From the NCBI GenBank assembly GCA_015065385.1, contig SVQK01000056.1, forward strand, positions 363,264 to 427,263: 64,000 bases of DNA. Direction: 5' to 3'. Below are positions 1 to 8,545 of this stretch, piece by piece; positions within the stretch are counted from its first letter, which is position 1; each line of letters opens with the position of its first letter. A program made the translations under genes and the position numbers. Origin of the DNA: Oscillospiraceae bacterium (GTDB lineage: Bacteria; Bacillota; Clostridia; Oscillospirales; CAG-272). The notes beneath the pieces are model-generated. The model had not been told where the DNA came from, did no database searches, and worked only from the letters and a program-made list of their open reading frames with translations.

Positions 1-886
1 GGACGTGACGATGCTCGTGAACGTGAACACCTCCGACGCCTCCATCACCGTCATGCAGATCCCGCGCGACACCCTCATCACGACGGGCGTATCCACCGAC
101 AAGATCAACGCGCAGTACGCCTCCCTCGTGGGGAACGCCTATCATCAGGGCTACAGCAATTCGTATATGAAAGCCCTGTCCGACTACGCGCGGATCCTCG
201 AGCAGAGCCTGTGCGTGAAGATCCATTACACGGTGCTCGTGGATCTGGAAGGCTTCCCGGCGATCGTGGACTCCGTCGGGCCGATCTCGGTGTTCGTGCC
301 CGGGCCGATGCACTACAGCGATCCCGAACAGGACCTGTACATCAACATCGACGAGGGATGGAACGAGCTGGACGGGAAGGCGGCCGAGGGATTCGTGCGG
401 TTCCGCTCCGGCTATGTGCAGGCCGACCTCGGACGGATGAACGCCCAGAAGATCTTCCTCACCGCCCTGTATCAGAAGGTGGTCTCCCTCTTGAAAAAGA
501 TGGAGATCGGCAAGATCACGGAGCTGGCGCAGGTCGTGTCGAACAACGTGACCACCGACATGAGCGTGTCCGATCTGGTGTTCTTCGCAAGGGCGTTCAT
601 GAACATCGGCATCGACAACGTGACCATGATGACCGCGCCCGGCGATATGGCGACCTCTACCCACTATGTGCTCAACCGCGCCGCGACGCTGCAGATCATC
701 AACGATCACTTCAACATCTACGAGAAGGCCATCGACGACAACATCTTCGACCGATACTGGACCTTCTGCTATAACTACGACGTCTATCTCAACGTGTACT
801 ACGCCCCTGTGACATCCGCCTACACATCCGAATATACAGGCGACGAGGTGGCCGGTGACGGCATCGCCATCCCGTTCCTGCACTGA
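1..886 (+). CDS. LCP (LytR-CpsA-Psr) family cell-wall polymer ligase, 5'-truncated by the window edge
   Basis: Motifs D-V-T-M-L, QIPRDT, KINAQY, FVRFR and DLGRMNAQ are typical of LCP. The frame is open to the window start. Confidence 0.9.
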   Translation, partial: DVTMLVNVNTSDASITVMQIPRDTLITTGVSTDKINAQYASLVGNAYHQGYSNSYMKALSDYARILEQSLCVKIHYTVLVDLEGFPAIVDSVGPISVFVPGPMHYSDPEQDLYINIDEGWNELDGKAAEGFVRFRSGYVQADLGRMNAQKIFLTALYQKVVSLLKKMEIGKITELAQVVSNNVTTDMSVSDLVFFARAFMNIGIDNVTMMTAPGDMATSTHYVLNRAATLQIINDHFNIYEKAIDDNIFDRYWTFCYNYDVYLNVYYAPVTSAYTSEYTGDEVAGDGIAIPFLH

Positions 887-908
887 AAATCAACTGACGG
901 AGGATCTT

Positions 909-1325
909 ATGGACAACGAAACCGGAAAGCTGCCGATCGAAGAAACCCTGACGGCGGAAGAGCTGAAGACCCCCGAGACCCTTGCGAAATTCATCGTATC
1001 CGTGCTTGACGCGAAGAAAGCGCGGGATATCCGCCTGCTCCATGTGGAGGACAGAACGATCATCGCGGACTATTTCGTCATTGCGACCGGTTCCTCCCGC
1101 ACGCAGATCCGGGCTCTCGCGGACGAGATCGAGTTCAGGCTCGAGCCTTACGGGATAAAGCCCCACCACGTCGAAGGCGCGGACACCGGCGTCTGGGTGC
1201 TGGAGGACTTCGGAGCCGTGATCGTCCACCTGTTCAACAGCGAGGGACGGGAATTCTACAACCTCGACAAGCTCTATCAGGACACCACCGAGCGGGATAT
1301 CTCCGCGCTCATAACCGAAGACTGA
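909..1325 (+). CDS. rsfS: Ribosome silencing factor RsfS (Iojap family)
   Basis: LDAKKARDI...IADYFVIATGSSRTQIRALADEI...WVLEDFGAVIVHLF...REFYNLDKL; GAGGA RBS before ATG 909. Confidence 0.95.
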   Translation: MDNETGKLPIEETLTAEELKTPETLAKFIVSVLDAKKARDIRLLHVEDRTIIADYFVIATGSSRTQIRALADEIEFRLEPYGIKPHHVEGADTGVWVLEDFGAVIVHLFNSEGREFYNLDKLYQDTTERDISALITED

Positions 1326-1358
1326 ACAATTCATTTTCAATAAAGAAGGACGTCAGCC

Positions 1359-3758
1359 ATGAAATACGATTTTGCCGCCATTGAGAAGAAATGGCAGGAC
1401 CGGTGGGACGAAGCCGGGATCTTCCGGGCTTCCGACGACCGTTCGAAGAAGAAGTTTTACGCGCTGGTCGAATTCCCCTATCCGAGCGGCGCGGGGATGC
1501 ACGTCGGCCACATCAAGGCCTATTCCGGACTTGAGGTCATCTCCCGGAAGAGAAGGATGGAAGGGTACAACGTGCTCTTCCCGATCGGCTTCGACGCGTT
1601 CGGCCTTCCGACGGAAAACTACGCCGTGAAGACCAACACCCATCCCCGGATCGTCACGGACCGCAACATCAAAAAGTTCACGTCCCAGCTGCGCCGGGTT
1701 GGCTTCTCCTTCGACTGGTCCCGGGTGGTGGACACTACGGACGAGGACTACTATAAGTGGACCCAGTGGATCTTCCGCAAGATGTTTGACGCGGGGCTGG
1801 TTTTCCGCGCCACGACGCTTGTGAACTACTGCCCGCACTGCCAGGTCGTCCTGTCCAACGAGGATTCCCAGGGCGGCAAATGCGATATCTGCCACAGCGA
1901 AGTGATCCAGAAATCGAAGGACGTCTGGTATCTGCGCATCACCGAATACGCCGACAAGCTGCTCGAAGGCCTCTCCAAGGTGGACTATCCCGCCAACGTG
2001 AAGGCCATGCAGGAGAACTGGATCGGCCGGTCCGAGGGCGCGTTCGCCAATTTCAAGCTGACGGGCTGCGACGACTCCCTCCGCATCTACACCACCCGTC
2101 CGGACACCATGTTCGGCGTGACCTTCATGGTCATCGCTCCGGAGCATCCCGTGATCGAGAAATACCGCGACAGGATCAAAAACATCGCAGAGCTTGACGC
2201 TTACCGCGAGGAATGCGCCAAGAAGACGGAGTTCGAGCGGACGCAGCTCGTGAAGGACAAAACGGGCGTCCGGATCGAGGGGATCGCGGCGGTCAATCCG
2301 GCGAACGGAAAGGAGATCCCGATCTATATCTCCGACTACGTTATGATGGGCTACGGCACGGGCGCGATCATGGCCGTTCCCGCGCACGACGAGCGCGACT
2401 ACGACTTTGCGAAGAAATTCGGCATCGATATCATCGAGGTCATCAAGGGCGGCGATATTTCGAAGGAAGCCTATACCGGCGACGGCGAGATGGTCAACTC
2501 CGCCTTCCTCGACGGGATCAAAACCAAGAAGGAAGCCATTGCGAAGATGCTCGGCTACCTGACGGAAAAGGGCATCGGCGAAAAGGGCGTTCAGTACAAG
2601 ATGAAGGACTGGGCGTTCAACCGCCAGCGGTACTGGGGCGAGCCGATCCCGATCGTCCACTGCCCGAAGTGCGGCATGGTCGGCGTACCCTACGAAGAGC
2701 TGCCGCTGAAGCTGCCGCCGGTGGAGAACTTCGAACCCGGAGAGGGCGGCGAGAGTCCTCTGGCAAAGATCGATTCCTTCGTGAACTGCTCCTGCCCGAA
2801 GTGCGGCGGCCCCGCCAGACGCGAGACCGACACCATGCCTCAGTGGGCGGGCTCCTCGTGGTACTTCCTCCGCTACACCGATCCGCACAATCCGGACGCC
2901 ATCGCTTCGAAGGAGGCGCTCGACTACTGGATGCCCGTGGACTGGTACAACGGCGGTATGGAACACGTCACCCGCCACATGATCTACTCCCGGTTCTGGC
3001 ACCGGTTCCTCTATGATATCGGGGCGGTTCCGTGCGAAGAACCGTACGCCAAGAGAACCGCGCAGGGCCTGATCCTCGGTCCGGACGGCGACAAGATGTC
3101 GAAGTCCAAGGGCAACGTGGTGGATCCCAACGACGTGGTGGACGTGTACGGCGCGGACGTTCTCCGGGTGTATGTGCTTTTCATGGGCGACTACGGCTCG
3201 GCGGCACCGTGGAACGACAGCTCCGTGAAGGGCTGCAAGCGGTTCCTCGACCGGGTGGCGTCCCTGCCCGAGATGGTATCCGGCACGGTTCATCCGAAGC
3301 TCGAGACGGCCTTCCACAAGACGGTGAAGAAAGTGACGGGCGACATCGACGAGATGAAATTCAACACCGCCATCGCCGCTCTCATGACCCTGCTCAACGA
3401 TATCACCGACGCGGGCAGCCTGACGAAGGATCAGCTCGTGACGTTCATCAAGCTCCTCAATCCCTTCGCCCCGCACCTGACGGAGGAGATCTGGGAGACC
3501 ATCGGCGGGGCGGGCTTCCTCTCCCTCGCCTCGTGGCCGGAGTATGACGAGGCGAAGACCGTGGACGACGAGATCGAGATCGCCGTGCAGATCATGGGCA
3601 AGCTGAAGGGAACCATCCTCATTCCGAAGGACGCCCCGAAGGAGGAGGCTGTCGCCGCGGCCAAGGCGGATCCGAAGATCGCGCCGTCCCTCGAAGGGAA
3701 GACCGTGGTGAAGGAAATCTACGTTCCCGGCAAGATCGTCAATCTGGTTGTAAAATAA
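1359..3758 (+). CDS. leuS: Leucine--tRNA ligase
   Basis: FPYPSGAGMHVGH (HIGH-like), KMSKS, TTRPDT, YGTGAIMAVPAHDERD editing motif; 799 aa. Confidence 0.98.
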   Translation: MKYDFAAIEKKWQDRWDEAGIFRASDDRSKKKFYALVEFPYPSGAGMHVGHIKAYSGLEVISRKRRMEGYNVLFPIGFDAFGLPTENYAVKTNTHPRIVTDRNIKKFTSQLRRVGFSFDWSRVVDTTDEDYYKWTQWIFRKMFDAGLVFRATTLVNYCPHCQVVLSNEDSQGGKCDICHSEVIQKSKDVWYLRITEYADKLLEGLSKVDYPANVKAMQENWIGRSEGAFANFKLTGCDDSLRIYTTRPDTMFGVTFMVIAPEHPVIEKYRDRIKNIAELDAYREECAKKTEFERTQLVKDKTGVRIEGIAAVNPANGKEIPIYISDYVMMGYGTGAIMAVPAHDERDYDFAKKFGIDIIEVIKGGDISKEAYTGDGEMVNSAFLDGIKTKKEAIAKMLGYLTEKGIGEKGVQYKMKDWAFNRQRYWGEPIPIVHCPKCGMVGVPYEELPLKLPPVENFEPGEGGESPLAKIDSFVNCSCPKCGGPARRETDTMPQWAGSSWYFLRYTDPHNPDAIASKEALDYWMPVDWYNGGMEHVTRHMIYSRFWHRFLYDIGAVPCEEPYAKRTAQGLILGPDGDKMSKSKGNVVDPNDVVDVYGADVLRVYVLFMGDYGSAAPWNDSSVKGCKRFLDRVASLPEMVSGTVHPKLETAFHKTVKKVTGDIDEMKFNTAIAALMTLLNDITDAGSLTKDQLVTFIKLLNPFAPHLTEEIWETIGGAGFLSLASWPEYDEAKTVDDEIEIAVQIMGKLKGTILIPKDAPKEEAVAAAKADPKIAPSLEGKTVVKEIYVPGKIVNLVVK

Positions 3759-3792
3759 TTTCGGCGAATTGCCTGAAATTACCGGAAAAGAC

Positions 3793-3821
3793 TTGACAAC
3801 GGACTTTGTTTCGTGTATAAT
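3793..3821 (+). promoter_or_regulatory. sigmaA promoter of rpsU
   Basis: TTGACA (3793-3798), 17 nt spacer, TATAAT (3816-3821). Confidence 0.85.
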
Positions 3822-3877
3822 AATTTAGAGGTAAACGCTTGTGTTGCCTTTGCTTAAAGCGAAGGGAGGGATATAGA

Positions 3878-4054
3878 GTGGCAGAAATCAGAGTGAAAGA
3901 GGGCGAGTCCCTGGACAGCGCGCTTCGCCGGTTCAAGAGACAGTGCCAGCGTTCCGGCATTCAGGCCGAGCTCCGCAAGAGAGAAGCTTACGAAAAGCCG
4001 AGCGTCAAGAGAAAGAAGAAGTCCGAAGCAGCCAGAAAGCGCAAGTACAAATAA
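3878..4054 (+). CDS. rpsU: 30S ribosomal protein bS21
   Basis: GTG start after [27 protein letters not shown]...[26 protein letters not shown]. Confidence 0.97.
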   Translation: MAEIRVKEGESLDSALRRFKRQCQRSGIQAELRKREAYEKPSVKRKKKSEAARKRKYK

Positions 4055-4077
4055 TTCGGACAAAGCATGAGAGAACA

Positions 4078-4111
4078 GGAACCGGGTTCGTTTGGGATCC
4101 GGTTCTTTTTT
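4078..4111 (+). terminator. Intrinsic terminator after rpsU
   Basis: GAACCGG...CCGGTTC stem followed by a T run. Confidence 0.75.
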
Positions 4112-4152
4112 GGTCTCAGGATAATATTTTTTCTAAAAAATCCCGGAAATTC

Positions 4153-4181
4153 TTGACTAAGTGTGTTCAGATTGCTATAAT
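4153..4181 (+). promoter_or_regulatory. sigmaA promoter with extended -10
   Basis: TTGACT, 17 nt spacer, TGcTATAAT. Confidence 0.8.
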
Positions 4182-4280
4182 AATCCCGGAAGGACGGATC
4201 AAAGCCCCCGTCCGGCTCGCGTACGATTCCGGTTTTTCCGGAGGCGCGGACAAACACCGATACAGAAACGGAGATTGATT

Positions 4281-5282
4281 ATGGCTACAACGAAGGTTGC
4301 CTTCATCGGCTGCGGCGGACGCAACGGCGCGCATGTGCAGAAGTGCATGGAGAATCTGGACAACATCGAGTATGTGGGATTCTGCGATATCGACGAATCC
4401 CGGGCCTACGGATACGCGGAGAGAACGAAGACCGATCCCGAGGGGAAGATCTTCCGCGACTACCGCGAAATGCTGAACAACACCAAGCCGGACGCGATCT
4501 TCATGGCGGTTCCCCCGCATGTTCACGGGGATATCGAGCCCGCCATCATCGAAAAGGGCATTCCGTTCCTGATCGAAAAGCCGGTCGCCCTCGACATGGC
4601 TACGGCGGAGCGGATCGAGAAGCTCATCAAGGAAAAGAATCTCATTACCGCGGCCGGATTCCAGGACCGTTACCAGAACCTGACCCAGATCATGAAGGAG
4701 TACATTCAGGGCAAGAAGGTTGGTCTTGTGACGGCTGCGTGGTACGGCGGCATCCCCGGCGTTTGGTGGTGGAGACAGATGGAGACCTCCGGCGGTCAGG
4801 TGGTCGAGCAGAATATCCACCTCTTCGACCAGGCCCGGTATCTCTTCGGCGAACCGCTGTATGTCAACTGCGCGGGCGCGAGAGGCATCGTCGATCCCGA
4901 GACCTACGGCGTTCCCGGCTACAACGTTCACGACTATTCCTCCGCGGTCATCAAGTTCAAGTCCGGCGTCATCGCCACCATTTTCACAGCCTGCTATCAG
5001 AGAGGCCCGGGCATGCAGAGCGGCATGAACATCTACTGCGACGACGCGGTGCTGGAATACGGCCTTCGCAGCTGGCTCAAGATCACCGATAAGGACGGCG
5101 TTCACGAGTACACCCGCGGCAAGGAGCAGACCGGCATTCAGGACGAGGCGTTCATCTATGCCGTCCGGACGGGAGACCGTTCCCGGATCCTCGCGGACTA
5201 CAGCGAAGCGGTGAAGTCCCTGAGACTGACCCTCGCCTGCAACGAGTCCATCGAGACGGGCAGAACGATCTTCTTCAACTGA
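4281..5282 (+). CDS. Gfo/Idh/MocA family NAD(P)-dependent oxidoreductase
   Basis: VAFIGCGG Rossmann start, EKP motif, SGGQVVEQNIHLFD. Confidence 0.9.
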   Translation: MATTKVAFIGCGGRNGAHVQKCMENLDNIEYVGFCDIDESRAYGYAERTKTDPEGKIFRDYREMLNNTKPDAIFMAVPPHVHGDIEPAIIEKGIPFLIEKPVALDMATAERIEKLIKEKNLITAAGFQDRYQNLTQIMKEYIQGKKVGLVTAAWYGGIPGVWWWRQMETSGGQVVEQNIHLFDQARYLFGEPLYVNCAGARGIVDPETYGVPGYNVHDYSSAVIKFKSGVIATIFTACYQRGPGMQSGMNIYCDDAVLEYGLRSWLKITDKDGVHEYTRGKEQTGIQDEAFIYAVRTGDRSRILADYSEAVKSLRLTLACNESIETGRTIFFN

Positions 5283-5310
5283 GCGGAAACAAAGCACAAC
5301 CCAGACATCC

Positions 5311-5345
5311 GAAAGGAGGAGCCGGTTATTCGGTTCCTCCTTTTC
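5311..5345 (+). terminator. Intrinsic terminator
   Basis: AAAGGAGGAGCCG / CGGTTCCTCCTTTT inverted repeat. Confidence 0.8.
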
Positions 5346-5502
5346 AGGAGTGCCGGGCATGGCACGGTCTGTGCGTGAAAGCCCCGTCACGGGTCTTTAT
5401 CGCCGACCTGAGATCCGATAAAGCCGAGCTCACGGAATTCGTGCTGTGAGCGGATTTCCGTATGCCGTGACGAATTTCCCCGTCCGGATAGATCGTTGGG
5501 AC

Positions 5503-5532
5503 TTGACCGCGGTTCGCTGGATATGGTATAAT
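5503..5532 (+). promoter_or_regulatory. Probable sigmaA promoter
   Basis: TTGACC, 18 nt spacer, TGgTATAAT. Confidence 0.6.
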
Positions 5533-5613
5533 AAGACCGGCATTCTTCCGTTCACACGCGGCGGACGAGCCGTCAGCGTTCGGGAACGCGGAAAGGAGGG
5601 GATCGCGCGCGGT

Positions 5614-6111
5614 ATGAAGAGACTGCTGCTTCTTTTGCTGATCCTTCCGATTCTTTGTTCCTGCCGCCACTATGAGATCGACCGGTACGATCCGCCGGGA
5701 CTGCTCGTGGTCACCGAGTCGGGCGAGTACACCGCCGTCCGCTTCGGCTACAGATGGGAACGGGAACGGAAAGAAGACGCGGTGGATTATGTGGATCCCC
5801 GCACTTACGATTACACACCTATCCTTATGAGCGAGGGCGAGACCTGCCATCTCCGCTTCGGCAGGGATTTCGCGCCCGAGATGTATATCATCCGGTTTTA
5901 TCCGGAGGACGGCGGCGATAAGCAGATCATCGACTATACCCTGAATCCCCGCGGAGGAGATCCCCGTTTCGAGGGGGCCTCGAGCGTACTTCTCCCCGTA
6001 ACGGAAAGCGGTATCTTTACGGTGGAGGCGGTGTGGCCGGAATGGGTGACGAACAGCGTCGTGACGGATGCGACATACGGATTTCATATCATCGTCTCTG
6101 ACAAACAATAA
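5614..6111 (+). CDS. Hypothetical lipoprotein
   Basis: MKRLLLLLLILPILCSC lipobox-like signal; AAGGAGG upstream; followed by a terminator. Confidence 0.75.
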   Translation: MKRLLLLLLILPILCSCRHYEIDRYDPPGLLVVTESGEYTAVRFGYRWERERKEDAVDYVDPRTYDYTPILMSEGETCHLRFGRDFAPEMYIIRFYPEDGGDKQIIDYTLNPRGGDPRFEGASSVLLPVTESGIFTVEAVWPEWVTNSVVTDATYGFHIIVSDKQ

Positions 6112-6114
6112 CGC

Positions 6115-6150
6115 CCGCCTGAGCAGGTTTCGCTCGGAGCGGGTTTTTTT
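6115..6150 (+). terminator. Intrinsic terminator
   Basis: CCCGC-CTGAGC...GCTCGG-A-GCGGG stem plus T7. Confidence 0.75.
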
Positions 6151-6278
6151 CATCCTCTGCGGCAGGGATGTTCCTGTTTTTCCGATCGTCCGTCTCTTCG
6201 GGCAGCTGCGGAAGGAATGGGCAGAGCGGCGGGCGGAGGACGGCCGGGAGGTTTTTCGGGCGTCCGTGAAAATTCTTC

Positions 6279-6307
6279 TTGCATCAAACGTCGAAATATG
6301 TTATGAT
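6279..6307 (+). promoter_or_regulatory. sigmaA promoter of the ECF sigma gene
   Basis: TTGCAT, 17 nt spacer, TGtTATGAT. Confidence 0.65.
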
Positions 6308-6338
6308 ATTGTCGAAGATCCAAGTCCCGGAGCGCACG

Positions 6339-6929
6339 ATGAACCAGAAATCCCCTCTTTCCAAAGAAAAGCTGACGACAGAAGCATACGATCAGATCTA
6401 CGCCTACTGCCTGCGCCGCCTTCCTGACCGGGAATCCGCGGAGGACACGGCGCAGGAGGTTTTTTGCGCGTTCTGGGAGGGGCCGGAGTTTACGGATGAA
6501 ATGGTCGCGCTCGGCTGGCTGTACCGGGTGGCGAAGAGCAAGGTCAGCGATTTCTACCGGGCGCGGGACCGCCGTTTGAAGAATGAAGCCGCGCTCTCTT
6601 TGGAGGATCTTCCCGACGAAGCGGTCCCGGCGGTGCAGGACGAAGCCCTGAGGAGAGCCGAGGCGGGCGAGTTCGGTCTGGACGGCTCACTCGGCGAGGT
6701 TGTCCGATCCCTGAGCGAAGAGGATCGCAGGCTGTTCCGGGACGTCTGGATCGACGGGTTCACCTACGCGGAGCTCTCCGAGAAGTACGGCTCGTCCGAA
6801 GGCGCGGTCCGCACGAAGGTCTCCCGGCTGAAAAAGAAGCTCACAAAGCTCCTGCGGGAGTATTTGTGGCCGGTTCTGTCCGCGGTTCTGATCAAAACGG
6901 TTTTTCATTTATTTTCGGGATGGGTGTAA
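6339..6929 (+). CDS. ECF-family RNA polymerase sigma-70 factor with a hydrophobic C-terminal extension
   Basis: Region 2 AEDTAQEVF...GWLYRVAKSKVSDFYR; region 4 LSEEDRRLF...GFTYAELSEKYGSSEGAVRTKVSR. Confidence 0.92.
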   Translation: MNQKSPLSKEKLTTEAYDQIYAYCLRRLPDRESAEDTAQEVFCAFWEGPEFTDEMVALGWLYRVAKSKVSDFYRARDRRLKNEAALSLEDLPDEAVPAVQDEALRRAEAGEFGLDGSLGEVVRSLSEEDRRLFRDVWIDGFTYAELSEKYGSSEGAVRTKVSRLKKKLTKLLREYLWPVLSAVLIKTVFHLFSGWV

Positions 6930-6956
6930 CAATGCACTCCTCTTTTCCGTCTTATA
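6925..6956 (+). promoter_or_regulatory. ECF-type promoter upstream of the anti-sigma gene
   Basis: TGTAAC (6925-6930), 17 nt spacer, CGTCTTATA; matches the AAC/CGT pattern of Bacillota ECF promoters. Confidence 0.65.
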
Positions 6957-6991
6957 CTATAGAGCAAACTTGAATTGGGAGGACTCAATCC

Positions 6992-7816
6992 ATGCGCAGA
7001 GCGAACAGACAGCCGGACACCCGGAACGCGCGGAAAGCGGCTCTTTTGGACGCGATGATCGACCGTGAGCTGTCCCGCCCGGATGAAGAGCAGGATCCGG
7101 AGAGCATCGCGGAGTGGAGCGGCATGATCGACGGGCTGACCGACGGCGCGTACAGACCGACGCGCGGAGAGAAGCGCAGACTGCTCAAAGCAATGAGAGC
7201 GCACAGGAAGGCGGAGCAGGGGGAGAAAAAGGGGAACAGACCACGCGCGGCTGCCGCAGTCGTGTGCGTCCTTCTGGCCCTTCTGCTCCTTCCCGCGGCG
7301 GCGTTTGCCGGAGAGATCCGCACCGCGCTTGACGATCTTCTCCTGCGCCTGAAACCGCGGCTCAACGAACTGGAAGACGGGGAGAGCCTCGTCGTTCATA
7401 CGGAGAACGCGGACTATCTCTTCATCAAGGGAGATCGCGCGAGCCTTCAGACCCCGGAAGAGCTCGCCGACTATCTCCGCGTCCCCGTGCTCTGGCCCGG
7501 CTGGCTTCCGGAGGGCGTCGAGGCGGGGGAGATCCTTTTGGGCATGGACTCGAACGACTGGATTATTCTCATTCCCCGTCAAAACGGATTCTCTTTCCAT
7601 ATCGATCTGCCGGGGATCCGGGATTCCTTCCCGGAGGCTGTGAACGTGACGGTGTGCGGGGAGGCGACGGAGCTTTTCTATTACCTGAACGGGGACGGCA
7701 GCGGCGGCGCGAACTTTTTCCACGGCGGGGTTCTGTATGTGATTCAATTTTCCTCGTTCAGCGACGCGCAGCGGTTTCTGGACGGGCTGACCGAGGTAAA
7801 AGGAGGGGGGCAATGA
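6992..7816 (+). CDS. Putative anti-sigma factor (single TM helix, DUF4367-like extracytoplasmic domain)
   Basis: Directly downstream of the ECF sigma; one hydrophobic segment AAAAVVCVLLALLLLPAAAFA; PGWLPEG motif. Confidence 0.7.
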   Translation: MRRANRQPDTRNARKAALLDAMIDRELSRPDEEQDPESIAEWSGMIDGLTDGAYRPTRGEKRRLLKAMRAHRKAEQGEKKGNRPRAAAAVVCVLLALLLLPAAAFAGEIRTALDDLLLRLKPRLNELEDGESLVVHTENADYLFIKGDRASLQTPEELADYLRVPVLWPGWLPEGVEAGEILLGMDSNDWIILIPRQNGFSFHIDLPGIRDSFPEAVNVTVCGEATELFYYLNGDGSGGANFFHGGVLYVIQFSSFSDAQRFLDGLTEVKGGGQ

Positions 7817-8515
7817 AGATGAAACGATTGACGGCATGGATTCTCATACTCACGGCGGTATTCGCTCTCAGCAGCTGTCAGAAAAAAGGCGGACGGGAGA
7901 ACGGGACGCAGAATCAGGGCAGATCCGACGTTTTTCAGGAAAGCGTCATTACGGCGGAGGACGGCTCGCGCTGGCTGACGCACATTTTCAAGTCCGCGCC
8001 CATGGAGCTCCCGGACGGCTGGGAGTTTGCGGCGTCCGGCGGGATCGAGTACGACGCACAGCGGGATGAATTCCGCGGACTGTCCTACCGGATGGAGGAG
8101 ATCGAAGGGGAGGACGGCGTCCTCAAAAGCGTCTTTGACCGCAAGATCGTCGTATGAGACGGTGAGGGGCACCTGAAATCGGAGCTTTCCCTGCTTGATC
8201 CGGAATACCGGTGGCGGTCGATGGGGCAGTCCTGCTTTGACGGGGACCTGCTCTAAGGAGGACAATCCCATTGAGGTGGCAAATCCGTACCCGGACAAGC
8301 CTGGAATCCGCCGCACCTTCGACGATGAAGAGGCGGAAAAGCTGAGAACCGTCTTTGACAGCGTCGGCGCACCTCATCTTCCCGGGATCAGCGAGGACGT
8401 CTCGGAGATCGTATCGGAAGAGCTGTCCGCCTTAAGTGCGGGGATGTCGTCTCCGGAAGACTGCGCGGCGAAGATCCAGTCCCGCGTGTCGATCTGGCTG
8501 GCGGAGAACCGGTAG
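7813..8515 (+). pseudogene. Decayed paralog of the downstream lipoprotein
   Basis: Lipoprotein signal and WLTHIF N-terminal motif; in-frame TGA at 8155-8157; frame change near 8255; C-terminus DCAAKIQSRVSIWLAENR nearly identical to that of 8546-10873. Confidence 0.8.
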
Positions 8516-8545
8516 ATCGGACACTCCGTGAGAAAGGAGAATACA

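Noticed and set aside
1326-1358. Expected T-box riboswitch upstream of leuS
   Set aside because: Only 33 nt separate rsfS and leuS and there is no T-box sequence; leuS appears co-transcribed.
5385-5472. tRNA gene (cloverleaf-like fold)
   Set aside because: No TTCGA T-loop, no canonical arm lengths and no CCA end on either strand.
8155-8157. In-frame TGA as selenocysteine or programmed readthrough
   Set aside because: No evident SECIS-like hairpin or redox motif, and the gene has a second lesion near 8255, so it is a pseudogene.
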